The notes beneath the pieces were generated by a model that was not told where the DNA came from, ran no database searches, and saw nothing but the letters and a program-made list of their open reading frames with translations. The position numbers and the translations under genes were made by a program. Positions 13,614-26,300 of a DNA stretch of 64,000 bases are shown here, piece after piece. Origin of the DNA: Octopus sinensis (Eukaryota); NCBI RefSeq assembly GCF_006345805.1, contig NC_043000.1, positions 108,748,001-108,812,000 on the forward strand. Direction: 5' to 3'. Within the stretch, counting starts at the first letter, position 1. Each line of letters starts with the position of its first letter.

Positions 13614-14402
13614 CAAATATAACAAATATTTGCTTACACTATAAAGGGAGACACACACATTATAAATAAATCCCACCCAAAAGATTTGTAAAATCATTAA
13701 GATGTATGTGAGTGAGTATGTATGTATGTAAAACATTATGCATCTATGTGTGTGTGTGTGTGAATAGAGGGAGATCTGTGGAAATGTTTAATATAAAACA
13801 TTAAAAGCTTAAAAATCAATTGTGCTAATGCATTCTAGGAACAAACTAAACAAAGGCAGTGCATTATTTCATTAAGTGAGTAAAACACACACTCACTCTC
13901 TCTCTCTCTGAAAGGAATCATTATTTACAGAAACGGTAAAACTGGGTGAGGCTAAAGTCGAGACTATTAATTTCCTTTTCTGTTCATTAAAATGTGTTAG
14001 CATAAAACATTATTATCATTATTGGGGTCTTGCAGCCAGCAAAACAAGTCATTATTATAAAAATCTATGCAATTGTTCTGGGTCTCATAATGCGTTCAAG
14101 TGTTAAAAGTGTAACAGAAATCTTTTAATACAAAGAAATTTGAAGTTATGCCTTAAGCAACCTTTACTATGGAATGAAACCAAAGACAAATTAAAATCTT
14201 TAACATAATGAAAATCTTTTAACGATTTATAAATTTATGAATTAAAACAGAAATAAGCATGCATTCTCATGGCTTGGTGATTTCAATGCTGTGATTGTTT
14301 ATTTTTTGAATGACATTGTAGGGTGGGTGTGAAAGGTCAGATCTGGATGGTTTGAACATAAAACAGGCAGAATATTTGGGACCCAGATAATGGCAGGTTT
14401 AA

Positions 14403-14607
14403 CCCTTTCGTTACCGTATTTATTTTGAGATGCTCTGTGTTTCTTCGAATATAACAAAGAATATAGTAAAATAACTTAGTTAACATTAAGTTAGTGTTAG
14501 GAACATAAATTGTGACTAAGGTTTGGTGGAAGATTTTAATTCAAAACTTATAAAAAACAAGACATTTGTACTCAGAGCCGGTTTCAGTCGGGTTGGTAAC
14601 GAAAGGG
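14403..14607. mobile_element. piggyBac-type MITE
   Basis: Perfect 13-bp TIRs ccctttcgttacc / ggtaacgaaaggg, flanked by TTAA at 14399-14402 and 14608-14611. Confidence 0.85.
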
Positions 14608-17600
14608 TTAATTACTAAAGAGTTTAAAAAAAAAGATTACAGGAAAACACTGTTTCAACAATTAAAAAAACACAAATTTGGAAAATTCATCTCACCAAAG
14701 GCAACATGGAATGGTAAAGTCAAACCATTGCTTCTTGGTGGTGGTGGTTTCGGTAGTGGGTGTTATGCTCCGTTTTACGAAATGCATCTTTAACTATATC
14801 TTAATAATCAATAAAGTTTGTATTGCTGGTATTGGTAAAGAATGATTCCAGCAGGAACAGTGTATATTCTAATGACAGACTGCAATTCCAGAGAAAGTCT
14901 GAAAGATTTGTAAGGCTTCTTCTATAGATATATATTACAGCTAAGTGTGAGGAGTGGCACTGATACTGACTAAGTGTTGGTTGTTCATAGAATTTCTTCC
15001 TTGGAATTCTTAAAAAGGAATGATGTGTGTCTGCACCTATATCAATAAAACCTGAACTAATGAGGAAGCCTGACAATACCCACACAACAAACTAAAAATA
15101 GCAACCAAATCATCCTCACATCACACCTTAACGTCTTAAAAAATGGAACAACATTGCATAATGAAGTTCTACAATATGCTATACTTGATAATGATAGTTA
15201 TAACGATGGGGTGGTCATGATTAGCATGTCTGATCATAGATCTGCTTGATGTGAGCTGAGCTGGGGTTAAACAACATAGATCTACAAGGTTAAAAGATTG
15301 CTCTTGGGTTCAATGGAGTACCTATCTGGGTCCCCAGGCCTGACAGGCTTGTGTGTATCTAATATAACCCCATGCAAGAATGTGGCAGGACCAAAAGAGG
15401 TGATATTAAATGCCTTGTATTATTTTAGCTGGGTATTTTTAAGTTCTGGGTTCAAATCCTGCTGAGGTTTTCAGCTGGTTCTCATTCTTTTGAACATTGA
15501 TAAAAAATGTAGTCGTCAAGTCTAGGCACAGATATGCCTGCAAGGTTAAGAAGTTTGCTTTGAAACCACATGGTTTCAGGTTCAGTCTCATTGGATGGCA
15601 GCTTGGGCAACCGTCTTCCACTGTAGCACCAGGACAACCAGTGCCTGATGGGTGAATTTTGTAGAGAGAAACTGCGTGAAAGCCTGTTGTGTGTATGAGC
15701 AGCACCCTCCCCACCACTGGTTTTGATTTTATTTTTTACATCCCCAGTAACTTAGCAGTTAGAAAAGAGAGAACAACAAATAAGTACCAGACTTGAAAAA
15801 AAAAAACATTAAGTCCTGAGTTTGATTTGTTTGAGTAAAACCCTTCAAGGAAATGCCTCCAGCATGGCCACAATGACAGAAACAAGAAAAAAGATAAAGT
15901 TGCTTGATGATGTAATCACCTACAATCTCCTCAAAATGTATGGTAATGTGCTTGGTTTAGAAATCATCAGTAAGCATAATGCAGGTGCTCCAGTATGACC
16001 AGAGCCAAATGGCTGGAACCAGTACATGAACCTGTTTATAAAGATATTCACCCTCCATGTTTTTGTTTTAGTTCTTTGTTTTCTTCATCTTGTAAAAGAA
16101 TCACAATATTACACTATGCCGGGATTAGAACAATCATTGTTTTTATTATTGCAATTAATATCATCATCATCATCAACATTACGGGTGGACTGATAGGATG
16201 CCTAAGTTTGTTTCGTCTACGTTTGTAGTTCAAATGCTGGTCATGTTCTAAGTGAAAGCATTTTCTTCACATTATCAAAATCGAAATCGATCAACATCAA
16301 TGGAAATTGTAGCTGTGATACCAGTGCCGGTGGCACGTAAGAGAACAATCCGAACGTGGCTGTTGCCAGCGCTGCCCCAACTGGCCTCCGTGCCGATGGC
16401 ACATAAAAAGCACCATCCGATTGTGGCCGTTGCCAGCCTTGTCTGGCCCCTAGCCGGTGGCATGTACAAAGCACCTTCCAATCGTGGCCGTTTGCCAGCC
16501 TCGTCTGGCACCTGTGCAGGTGGCACGTAAAAAGCACCCACTAGACTCACGGAGTGGTTGGTGTTAGGAAGGGCATCCAGCTGTAGAAACACTGCCAGAT
16601 CAGACAGGGCCTGGCGCAGCCTTCTGGCTTCCCAGACCCCAGTTGAACCGTCCAACCCATGCTAGCATGGAAAACGGACGTTAAATGATGATGATGATAT
16701 TCATCATCATCATCATTTAACATTCATTTTTTCATGCTCCCATGGATCAGATGGAGTTTGTTGAAGTGAATTCTCGACAGCTGGAGGCTCTTCTTGTAGT
16801 CAACCCTCATCTGCTTCCAAGTAAGATGTTTTTCCACACAACTACCACAAGGTGTCAAAGCAAGGAGACAGTTAAACACACTGTTTCCATCGATGAAATC
16901 AACTCACAAAGCATTGGTTGGCCAAGGCCTATAGTAAAAGACACTTGACCGAGGTATCACACAGTGGGACTGAACCCAAAAACCATGCGGTTGAGAAGTA
17001 GACTTCTTACCACACAGCCACACTTGTGCCTATTATTATTGTGGTTGATAAACTATGTACCAGACATGTATTAGGGTAGATACTCTGAAAGTTGTATCAA
17101 TAGACATAGTCTTCCCAACAAATTCGTGACATCCTTCTGCCAAGCAAAATTCAAAACCTATGTTAGCACGTTTAGTTGCATCACTGAAAACTGGGCCACA
17201 TTCCTAATAAGAGTGACTGGTAACCTCTAACAACAAAATGTTGGAATTACCTTTAAAGATAGGGTTAAGGGGGTGAGTAAGACATTTTTCAATTAGACAA
17301 AACACAAATATTTTGTGAATGAGGGGTCAAATATCTTCAATCAATTTTCCTTATAATTAAGGCCTGGAGTCTCATCTTTAATTTTTTTTATATTTCACTT
17401 GTTTCGGTCATTGGATTGTGGCCATGCTGGGGCACTGCCTTCTTTTAAAGTTTGGTATATATTCTATTCATCCCTTTTTGCTAAACTGCTCTGTATGGGA
17501 ACAGAAATGAATAACAGTTGTCAAGTGGTGGGAATAAACACAGACACAAATGTGTGTGTATACAAAGGGCTTCACACAGTTTTCCTCTCCTAAATTTACT

Positions 17601-19608
17601 CACAAGCTTGTGGTTCCCCGGGTCATAGTGGAAGACATTTGTCCAAGGTCTTGTGCATTGGGACTGAACTTAATATCACACAGTTGCAAAGTGAGCTTCT
17701 TAACCACACATCCAGGTAAACAGAGTTTTTTTTTTATTTTTGGTTTTTGTAAATTTTAAGGTATGTCTAATCAAAGAATATATTTTAAAACTAAATTTCA
17801 TCGCAAACACTAGTCAAGTCCAGTTGTTCCCATATCATTTCTATTATTGAGACATTGTCCCTCTTGGTTTTACGTTTTCTTCATGAACCTGAGACTTGAC
17901 AGTTGTTCAGGTGCAAAATTCAGTGTTGGTGTAGCTTCTATTTTGTTTGGTTTGCTAATCTTAGGGGCACCCATCTCTTCCACCTTTGGCCCTCTACGAG
18001 CTCATTTGCCATTGACAGGTATTTTTGTTTCTTTAAACCCATCACTGAGTAAGCTGGTAGGTAGGCTGCTTTAGTCACAACGAGCAGGTTGCACTGGATT
18101 ACATGGTAACTATTAGCAGGCTTAGATTAGGCAGTAATGGAATTGTTCCCAACCTGAAAACAGATGTTGGAAATACATATAAAAAAATATATATATGAGA
18201 GCTAGGAAAGAATGAAATCTACCTTCCCAAGATAACACTTTAATAATCAACTTATCGTTAATGCTTAATCAATTTATCCACCAATATTTGAGGAGAAGTC
18301 AGATGTTACTTGTCCATGTGTCATATGGAGAGCATGCTGCAGTTGTGTGTTCTTGATTTACAACCACAGTCAAGTGTGTGTGTGTGTCTGTGTGTCCTTG
18401 TGTTGACATCACATGATAGTTGTAAAAGAGTGTCACTGTCATGCAGGCAGTGTTGTCATTCATTTCCAATATTCTGTGGAGGAAATATTACCTTGCTGGG
18501 AGACAGTGAGTGTTGGCAACAGGCTATGTATCCAGCTGTAAAATATGTCTCAAATGAACCCCATTTGACCCATTCAAGCATGGAAGAAAAGTGGACATTA
18601 AATGATGAGTTTGTCAATCTTGATCGATTGAGTGATATTTTGAATGATATTTTCTGTCCTAATTTGGTTAAAACTATTGGAAATGCATGTGTGTGCTTGT
18701 GTATATGTATTACTATTATGTTCGTTTTTCCATGCTGCCATGGAATGAATTGGATCCCACATCCTACAGGAGATGGGTGCCACTGTTATTTATGTTTATG
18801 TTCATATTGACTCAATTCTCAATATTGAGTCACCCCCATCAGTAAATGTTCCATTGGTATTCTCAAATTCGCTTTAAAATAATAACCTTGATGTTAAGAA
18901 GTTTGCTTCCCAACCACATAGTTCTGAGTTCAGTCCCTCTGCATGGCACCTTGGGCAAGTATCTTCTACTGGGCCAAGCAAAGCCTTGTGAGAGGATTTG
19001 GTGGATGGAAACTGAAAGAAGACTGTCATATATATATATCTGTGTGTGTGTGCATGCCTGTCTGTACCCCACCCCCAACACTTGACAACTAGTGTTGGTT
19101 TGTTGATGTCCTTGTAGCTCAGTGGTTCAGCAAAAAGCGTCAGATGAAATAAATAATAGGGTTGATTTGTTCAACCAAACATTTCAAGGCATTGCCCCAG
19201 CATGGCTACAGACTAAGGACTGAAACAAGTAAAAGATAAAAGAGTATGTATACACACACACACACACACACAAAGTCCTCTAATAAAACACTCGGCTGCC
19301 AAAAGTCGTAATAGTTTTGTTTAAAATAGCCTATTTACTTGTTATAATCTTTCATATAACTTTTTGGCAGACAGAAATGAATGGTCTCCCTTGTCTTTGT
19401 GTGTTCATTTCACACTTGCCAATCAAAGATTTTTTTTTTTTAAATCTGTTTTTGTAGAATGCTTTGTCATAAGTTTAGTTAAAAGCTGTGGTCAGTGATG
19501 ATTTTGATAAAATATTTATGAATAAACCAAAAAGTATGACTGTTTATTTTCCGAACACTCATATCCATATGGTTGTAAGTTCCATTGTTTTTTAACCTTT
19601 TTAAATAC

Positions 19609-20847
19609 TATGCAGTCATCTCATAAATAATGTGGTTTTTCATACGTCTTTTATTTTTCAAAATTAATATAAAGTTCTTTTTTGATCTAAAATATACTCT
19701 CCATTTTCTACAATGTTCTTCCATCTATCTGGTAGACTTGCAAGGCCCCTCTTCCAAATTTCACTTGTTTGTGAAAGAAAATACTCCTCCAGTACTCTTC
19801 TGACCTCATCTACAGAATTCATATTTTTTCTGTCCAAATGATTTTGAAGACTGCAAAATAAATGATAATCAGATGGGGCAATGTCCAGCAAATATGGTGG
19901 GTGGGGCATCATTTTCCATTCAAACTGCTTCAGCCTCTGGAATGTCATCCTCGTTGTATGTGGTCGAGCATTATCCTGGTGGAAGTAAACCTTTTGTCTT
20001 GAAACCAAAAATGATCATTTTTTTTTCTAGCGCTGACTTAAGCCACTCAAGTTGCTTGCAGTAGATCTTTGTTATCATTTGGTTTGGGTTTAGAAGTTCA
20101 AAGAGAACTAAACCATTCATATCTCACCAAACAGATAACAACACCTTACCCGGGTGAAGACCTTCTTTAGCCTGGGGTGCCAGTGTTTTTCCTTTCCCTA
20201 ACCACTGTCTTCAGCGCTTGATATTTTTATGGAGAACCCATTTCTCATAACCAGTCACTATTCAGTCCAAAAAAGGTTCATTCATGAGATGTGAGAGCAA
20301 AGAAGAGCACACGTTTACCCTCTGCACATGATTAGACTCAGAAAGTTTATGAGGAACCTATCGAACCAATTTGCTAACTTTCCTGATGCTATGCAGGTGT
20401 CGATGGATGGTTGAATGATCAAGCTTCTCTACTAGTTCCTTAACAGTTGCGACAGGATTTTGTTCCAGATTTTGCAGGACATCCTCGTCAGGCTCTACAG
20501 ATCTTCCAAGACAAGGCCCATCATCTAGGCTGTAGTTTCCAGCTTGGATGTCCGATCTCCATATACTGCATTAATATTCCTCACACTTTCCGTTGCATTG
20601 TTGCCTTTATTGAACTCTGAAAGCAAAATAGGCTGAATATGCTCCTTTGTCACTTCCATTATAGTTTTGAAAGAATAACTCTTAAAATCGAACTGCCTTC
20701 TTCAAAACTTGCACTAAGAATAAGTACAAGGTAATATTACTACCTGCTTTGACAGCAAGTCGATACAGGTAGTTTATCCCATCCCCCTCTGACTTTTTTA
20801 GTTCTTGCAATTGAAAAAAAACACATTATTTATGGGATGGCCCAATA
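19609..20847 (-). mobile_element. Full-length (~1.24 kb) mariner (Tc1/mariner) DNA transposon, inactive
   Basis: Imperfect TIRs: tatgcagtcatctcataaataatgtg at 19609 and cattatttatgggatggcccaata ending at 20847, both with terminal TA. They enclose a minus-strand transposase remnant. Confidence 0.9.
19664..20659 (-). pseudogene. Disrupted mariner transposase
   Basis: N-terminus MEVTKEHIQPILLSEFNKGNNATESVRNINAVYGDR from the ATG at 20659. Degenerate motifs *VPHKL (WVPHEL) and VTGYEKW (TGDEKW), then HQDNARPH, HPPYLLDIAPSDYHLF and LPDRWKNIVENGEY. Contains in-frame stops and frameshifts. Confidence 0.9.
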
Positions 20848-22685
20848 TTATATGAAAATAATTGCTATCAATTATACATCAATAATTTAGTCTTACTTTA
20901 AAACAGAGCTTTATGATAATGACTTCATAGAGACACATTTAGCTTTGGTTTAAGTGAAGTTAAATTGCTGTCCCCAGCAGAATTGTGCATTTTTCATTTT
21001 TTTTCGTAAGGGAGTGCTTCAGAATAACGCTAGCAATGTTCAGTCAAAATACAGCAGTTTGTAATGTCACAGAGGAAGCTAAATGAGTTTTCTTGTGTTT
21101 GCAATAGGTTTGGGGGCTAATTTGATAATTTTAACATTTACAATAGATCCCTTGAGAGTTGGGTGATCCCAATTGTGAAGACCCACAGTTATAAAATAAA
21201 ATAAAATTGAAAATCCAGTCACATTACTTTGAGAGCAAGGCCATAGTCACCCAATCCACCCAGATTATTAGGAAACCTAAAATAAGGGCTTTTATAGTTT
21301 TGCTATTTAAGATAGATTTAAATCATTATCATCATGTTTATGTCCACTTTTCCGTGCTTGCACAGGTCAGATAGAATTTGTTGAAGGTTTTCTACAACCG
21401 GGTGCTCTTCCTGACACTAACCCTCACCTGTTTCCATGGTAATATTTTCCTATGGCCAGACCTGTTTTTCATGGAAGACACCACTTGCATGATGACAATA
21501 CTTGTTTACAACTATCACATGATGTCAAGGCAAAGGATATGCATAGCAGGCTTCTTTCAGACTCTACCAAATCCACTCACAAGGCTGTGGAAAACCCAGG
21601 GCTATAGTAGAAGACACTTGTCCAAGGTGCCACACAATGGGACTGAACCTAAAACCAAGCGGTTGGGAAGCAAATGTTTACACAAACAGAGGTCAATTAC
21701 CAAGGGCAGTTGTTGAACTAAAGACAACCCCAAATCCAATTCAGGAGTTGATAAGCAATGGAAAAAGCTTAAATTCAAAAAGTCCTTCTAACACAGAGAA
21801 AGGCTTTACTTCCAGACCATACCAGTAGGATAAAATTTCAGCCTCATTCAAGTTGAAATGTACAGCTGCTATGATACAGCTGCTTTGATACTCTACCAGA
21901 GGTGAAGTATTCTCTTAAATTCTGAGGGATAATGTTTCAGATGGCACCCCATTACTACCATCTTTATCTTCTTCCCTGCTACTTACTCCCACCCACCCTT
22001 ACATAGTAAGGTAGCCCTGTATCCTCCTCTATAGGAAGACACCTGTGCTTGTCCTGCTATCATATTTTAGCCTCTGAACACCTTGCACAAATTCACCTAC
22101 CCCTCTCATATACTCCCTGCCAATTTGTTGCAGGGTATTTTTCATGTCTTGCAAGTTACTTGGTGCACCCAGTACACACTATAAGGTAGTCGGTATTAAG
22201 AAGGGCATCTAGCCTTAGAAACTGTCAAAGCTAACACCGGTCCTCAATGCAGTCCTGTGGCTTGCTAGATCCTGTCAAACTGTTTAACCCAAGCTAGCAT
22301 GGAAAAGGGACATTAAATGAGATATACAGATATCATCATCATCATCAACATTTAACATCTATTTTCCATACTGACATGAGTTGGACAGGAACTGCGCATG
22401 GTCCCAGAGTTTTGCTTTGGTTTCTATGGTTGTTTGCCCTTCCTAACACCAACCATTTTAAGGAGTGTACTGGGTGTTTTTTACATGGCACCTTGGTTTT
22501 AGGATCTCAGTTCTGTTGTGGTGGGTGGATATTTGAGTGTAGCAATGCACCACATATCGCAGTCCTGTCATTTCCTTCATAAGGTTCAGCATTTTCAGAT
22601 TGGCCTTCCATACTCCCATGTCTTCCTGGGTATCCTTTTTCTACAACTTCCATCCACTTTAAGTGATCAGCACTTCTTTATATAC

Positions 22686-22723
<38 letters not shown>

Positions 22724-23524
22724 TATATCTTGTATGTATTGGTGCTTATTCCATCAATCTCCCACTCAGGAAGATGGTAAAAAGAAAAGTTGGTGGCAGA
22801 AAGTTAAAACTCAAAACCTACAAATGAAAACAAATTGAAATGCAACCAACAGAGCAGGGTTGCTTGGCAAATTGCAGTTCTGAGTTCAAGTTTACAGGCT
22901 TGATTAATGTACGATAGAACTACCTAAAAATGCTCCCAAGTTGTAACCCAGGATATATGTGGTGGAGGGACTTAAATGAATTTTGCCTAAACTAACAACT
23001 GGCACAAAGCAACCTCCCTCAATGCTACTCTGCCAGTTGAAGAGATTGTCTTGTTTTGCAAGTTACCTGGTGGCCCTGTTGGAGTTGGTGCCATGTAGAA
23101 GACATTTTCACTTTGGGTGAATGATTTCTACAACAGCTCCAATATCTTGTGAGTCAATTTGGTAGATGGAAACTACATGAAACCTGTGTGTGTGTGTTTA
23201 TTCCTCGCTGCCCACTGCTTGACAACTAATGTTAATTTGTTCACATTTCCACAACTTAGCATTTTGGCAATAGAGACTGCTAAAATAAGTATCAGACATT
23301 AAGGAAGAAAAAAAAAAGCAATAGTAAAGGGGTCAATTTGTCCAACTCCAACCAATCAAGGGGGTCCCCCAGCGTAGCTGTAGTCCAACGACTCTGAAGC
23401 AAGTGAAATATATTCAAAATGTTTCAAAGGTATATGGCACACAATCTTCTGTCTGTCTCTAGAAAGCAGGAGGGTAAATACACACACACACACACACAAA
23501 CACACATATATATATATGTGTGTG

Positions 23525-24055
23525 TATATATCATCATCATTTAACGTCCGTTCTCCATGCTAGCATGGGTTGGACGGTTCGACCGGGGTCTGGGAAGCCA
23601 GGAGGCTGCACCAGGCTCCAGTCTGATCTGGCAGTGTTTCTACAGCTGAATACCCTTCCTAACAGCAACCACTCCGCGAGTGTAGTGGGTGCTTTTTACA
23701 TGCCACCAGCACAGGTGCCAGGAGTCTGGCATCGGCCACGATCGGTTGGTGCTTTTAATGTGCCACCGGCACGGAAGCCAGTCAAGGCAGCGCTGGCATC
23801 GGCCACGTTCGGATGGTGCTTTTTATGTGCCACCGGCACAGAAGCCAGTCGAGGCAGCGCTGGTATCGGCCACATTCGGATGGTGCTTTTTATGTGCCAC
23901 TGGCACAGAAGCCAGTGAGGCGGAGCTGGCATCGCCCACGTTCGGATGGTGCTTTTTATGTGCCACCGGCACAGAAGCCAGTCAAGGCAGCGCTGGCATC
24001 GGCCACGTTCAGATGGTGCTTTTTATGTGCCAATGGCACAGGTATCACAACTACT
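23525..24055 (-). mobile_element. RTE 3' UTR/tail-only insertion (representative of a dispersed family)
   Basis: catcatcat-ttaacgtccgttctccatgctagcatgggttggacgg is the reverse complement of the RTE terminus at 60300-60369. Other copies at about 13350-13520, 16275-16697, 24737-25410, 37545-37850, 37930-38145, 43840-43925, 47310-47577, 56340-56605, 60970-61180. Confidence 0.85.
23728..24040 (-). repeat. ~67-bp tandem repeat (about 4.6 units) inside the RTE 3' UTR
   Basis: Unit ggcatcggccacgttcggatggtgctttttatgtgccaccggcacagaagccagtcgaggcagcgct repeated with few substitutions and no unique spacers. Confidence 0.9.
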
Positions 24056-24097
24056 ATTTGTGTGTATGTGTATATATATATATATACACACACACAC

Positions 24098-24144
<47 letters not shown>

Positions 24145-24179
24145 TAGATAGATAGATAGATATATATAGATGTATCCTT

Positions 24180-24670
24180 AAAAATGTTTCAGCCCGAAAG
24201 CTGCGGCCATGCTAGGACACCACCGTTGAATGTGCTACACTAGTATGCGCTGATACATGGCACTTGGTCAACAAGGGAGTTCGACGCCGCTACCTGCATC
24301 TGTGTTTCCTGCTGAGAGGTAGGTTCATCTGGAACTCCTGACAAGAAGAGATCCAGTTCAGTTTTAAAGAAACCCACATCCACACTATGCAGGTCTCTCA
24401 GGCATTTAGGAAGGATATTGAAGAGCTGTGGTCCTCTGAAACCCAAGCTGTTGCAGTATCTGGTCCTGTATTTTGATGGTGATGTTGGGATATTTGGCAT
24501 CATGCAGTGGCGCCCAATTCTGCTGTTGGGGTAACTTTCAATTCAGGACAAGGCCCTCCAGGATTTTCCAGATGTATATCACTGCATTCTCTCCTGCCTT
24601 CGCTCCAGAGAGAAGTTTTAATACTTTCAGTCTTTCCCAGTAGCTGATATGTTGCATTGAGACGATCTTA
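24180..24670 (-). mobile_element. CR1/L2-group LINE 3' fragment including its 3' tail
   Basis: SYWERLKVLNFSLERRQER-like stretch, then CNSLGFRGPQLFNILPKCLRDL...FKTELDLFLSGVPDEP; followed by a tail ggtgtcctagcatggccgcagctttcgggctgaaaca. Confidence 0.8.
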
Positions 24671-25437
24671 TATTATATTATATATATATATATATATATA
24701 TATGCAAATGTATATATATATATAGATAGATATATATCATCATCATCGTTTAATGTCCGTTCTCCATGCTAGCATGGGTTGGATGGTTTGACCGGGGATC
24801 TGGGAAGCCAGAAGGCTGCACCAGGCTCCAGTCTGATCTGGCAGTGTTTCTACAGCTGGATGCCCTTCCTAACGCCAACCACTCCGTGAGTGTAGTGGGT
24901 GCTTTTTACGTGCCACCTGCACAGGTGCCAGGCGAGGCTGGCAACGGCCACGATCGGATTGGTGCATTTTACGTGCCACCGGCATGGAAGCCAGTCGAGG
25001 CGGCACTGGCATCAGCCATGATTCGGATGGTGCTTTTTACGTGCCACCGGCACGGAAGCCAGTCGAGGCGGCACTGGCATCAGCCACCTTCAGATGGTGC
25101 TGTTTACGTGCCACCGGCTCAGGGATCACAACTGCAATTTCCATTGATTTTGATGTCGGTGTACTTGACTCAATGGATCTCCTCAAGCACAGGGTCGAAA
25201 TGGTGTTTCTTCACTTGCCACCTGCCAGCGGTCCTGGCAACTGCTGGGTGCCAGTCATAGGATTGGTTCAATTTCGATTTCACTTGCCCCAACAGGTCTT
25301 CGCAAGCAGAGTTTAGAGTCCAATGAAGGGAGGTTGGCATGGGTGCCTGTTGTCAGATGAGGTTCGACTTCGCTTGCCTCAACAGGTCTTTGTGTGTCCA
25401 AGGAAGGAAAGACATGCATAAGTGGGCTGGATTCACT

Positions 25438-25469
<32 letters not shown>

Positions 25470-25470
<1 letters not shown>

Positions 25471-25695
25471 GTGTCATTCAAAATGTGACCGCACGTGTAA
25501 CGTTGGCGATTTTTTTTCCTCTGTCTTCCCTTCCTTGGATCTTTCCTTTTCCTATGTTTCTGACGAAGAGCTCTGCTTGAAATGTTAAATCCTCCTCCTT
25601 TCTTTCCTTTCCTGTGCGTCCAATAACACTATACTTGTTCCACGTCATCGCGTTGTGTTTTCTCTTTGTGTTTTCATGTTTGGATTAACTGTATA
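25470..25695 (+). mobile_element. Penelope-like pLTR remnant with CpG-decayed hammerhead motif
   Basis: gttt-ctgacga-agagc-tct-gctt-gaaa-tgtt-aaat at 25556-25590, consistent with an ancestral ctgacgaagagctccgctcgaaacgttaaac; pyrimidine-rich pLTR-like flanks between (TA)n tracts. Confidence 0.62.
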
Positions 25696-25710
25696 TATAC
25701 AGATATATAT

Positions 25711-25765
<55 letters not shown>

Positions 25766-26219
25766 TAGATAGATAGATATAGATGTATATATATATAGAT
25801 AGATAGATGTATATATATATATATATATATATATAGATAGATGTATATATATATATATATATAGATAGATAGATAGATATAGATGTATATATATAGATAG
25901 ATAGATAGATGTATATTTATATACAAATCATCATCATCATGCTAGCATGGGTTGGACGGTATATATATATATATAGAAAGATAGATATAGATGTATATAT
26001 AGATAGATATATATAGATGTGTATATACTTATATATATGTCTTCTGCTGTGATTTTTGCTACCAAGGTATCGGTTAAACTTTTGATTAATCTGCAACAAG
26101 ATTATTCATCTTTCTATTTCACATGATATATATATATATATGATGATGATGATGATGATAGATAGATAGATAGATGATATATATATATGATGATGATGAT
26201 ATAGATAAATAGATAGATG

Positions 26220-26259
<40 letters not shown>

Positions 26260-26300
26260 CGAGATGTGTATATGTATATATACACACAAACACACACACA
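25690..26300. repeat. Compound microsatellite block (TA)n/(TAGA)n/(GAT)n/(GA)n/(CA)n
   Basis: Directly visible; source of the spurious Y/I-rich ORFs in the track. Confidence 0.95.

Noticed and set aside
14801-15085. 94-aa minus-strand ORF in unique DNA
   Set aside because: No recognisable motif and no good donor; compatible with chance.
23728-24040. CRISPR-like array of palindromic repeats
   Set aside because: Units are contiguous with no unique spacers, there are no cas genes, the context is eukaryotic, and the array is embedded in an RTE 3' UTR.
23520-24147. Overlapping ORFs in several frames (also 16241-16655, 24766-25316, 59686-60314)
   Set aside because: They arise from the GC-rich non-coding VNTR of the RTE 3' UTR.
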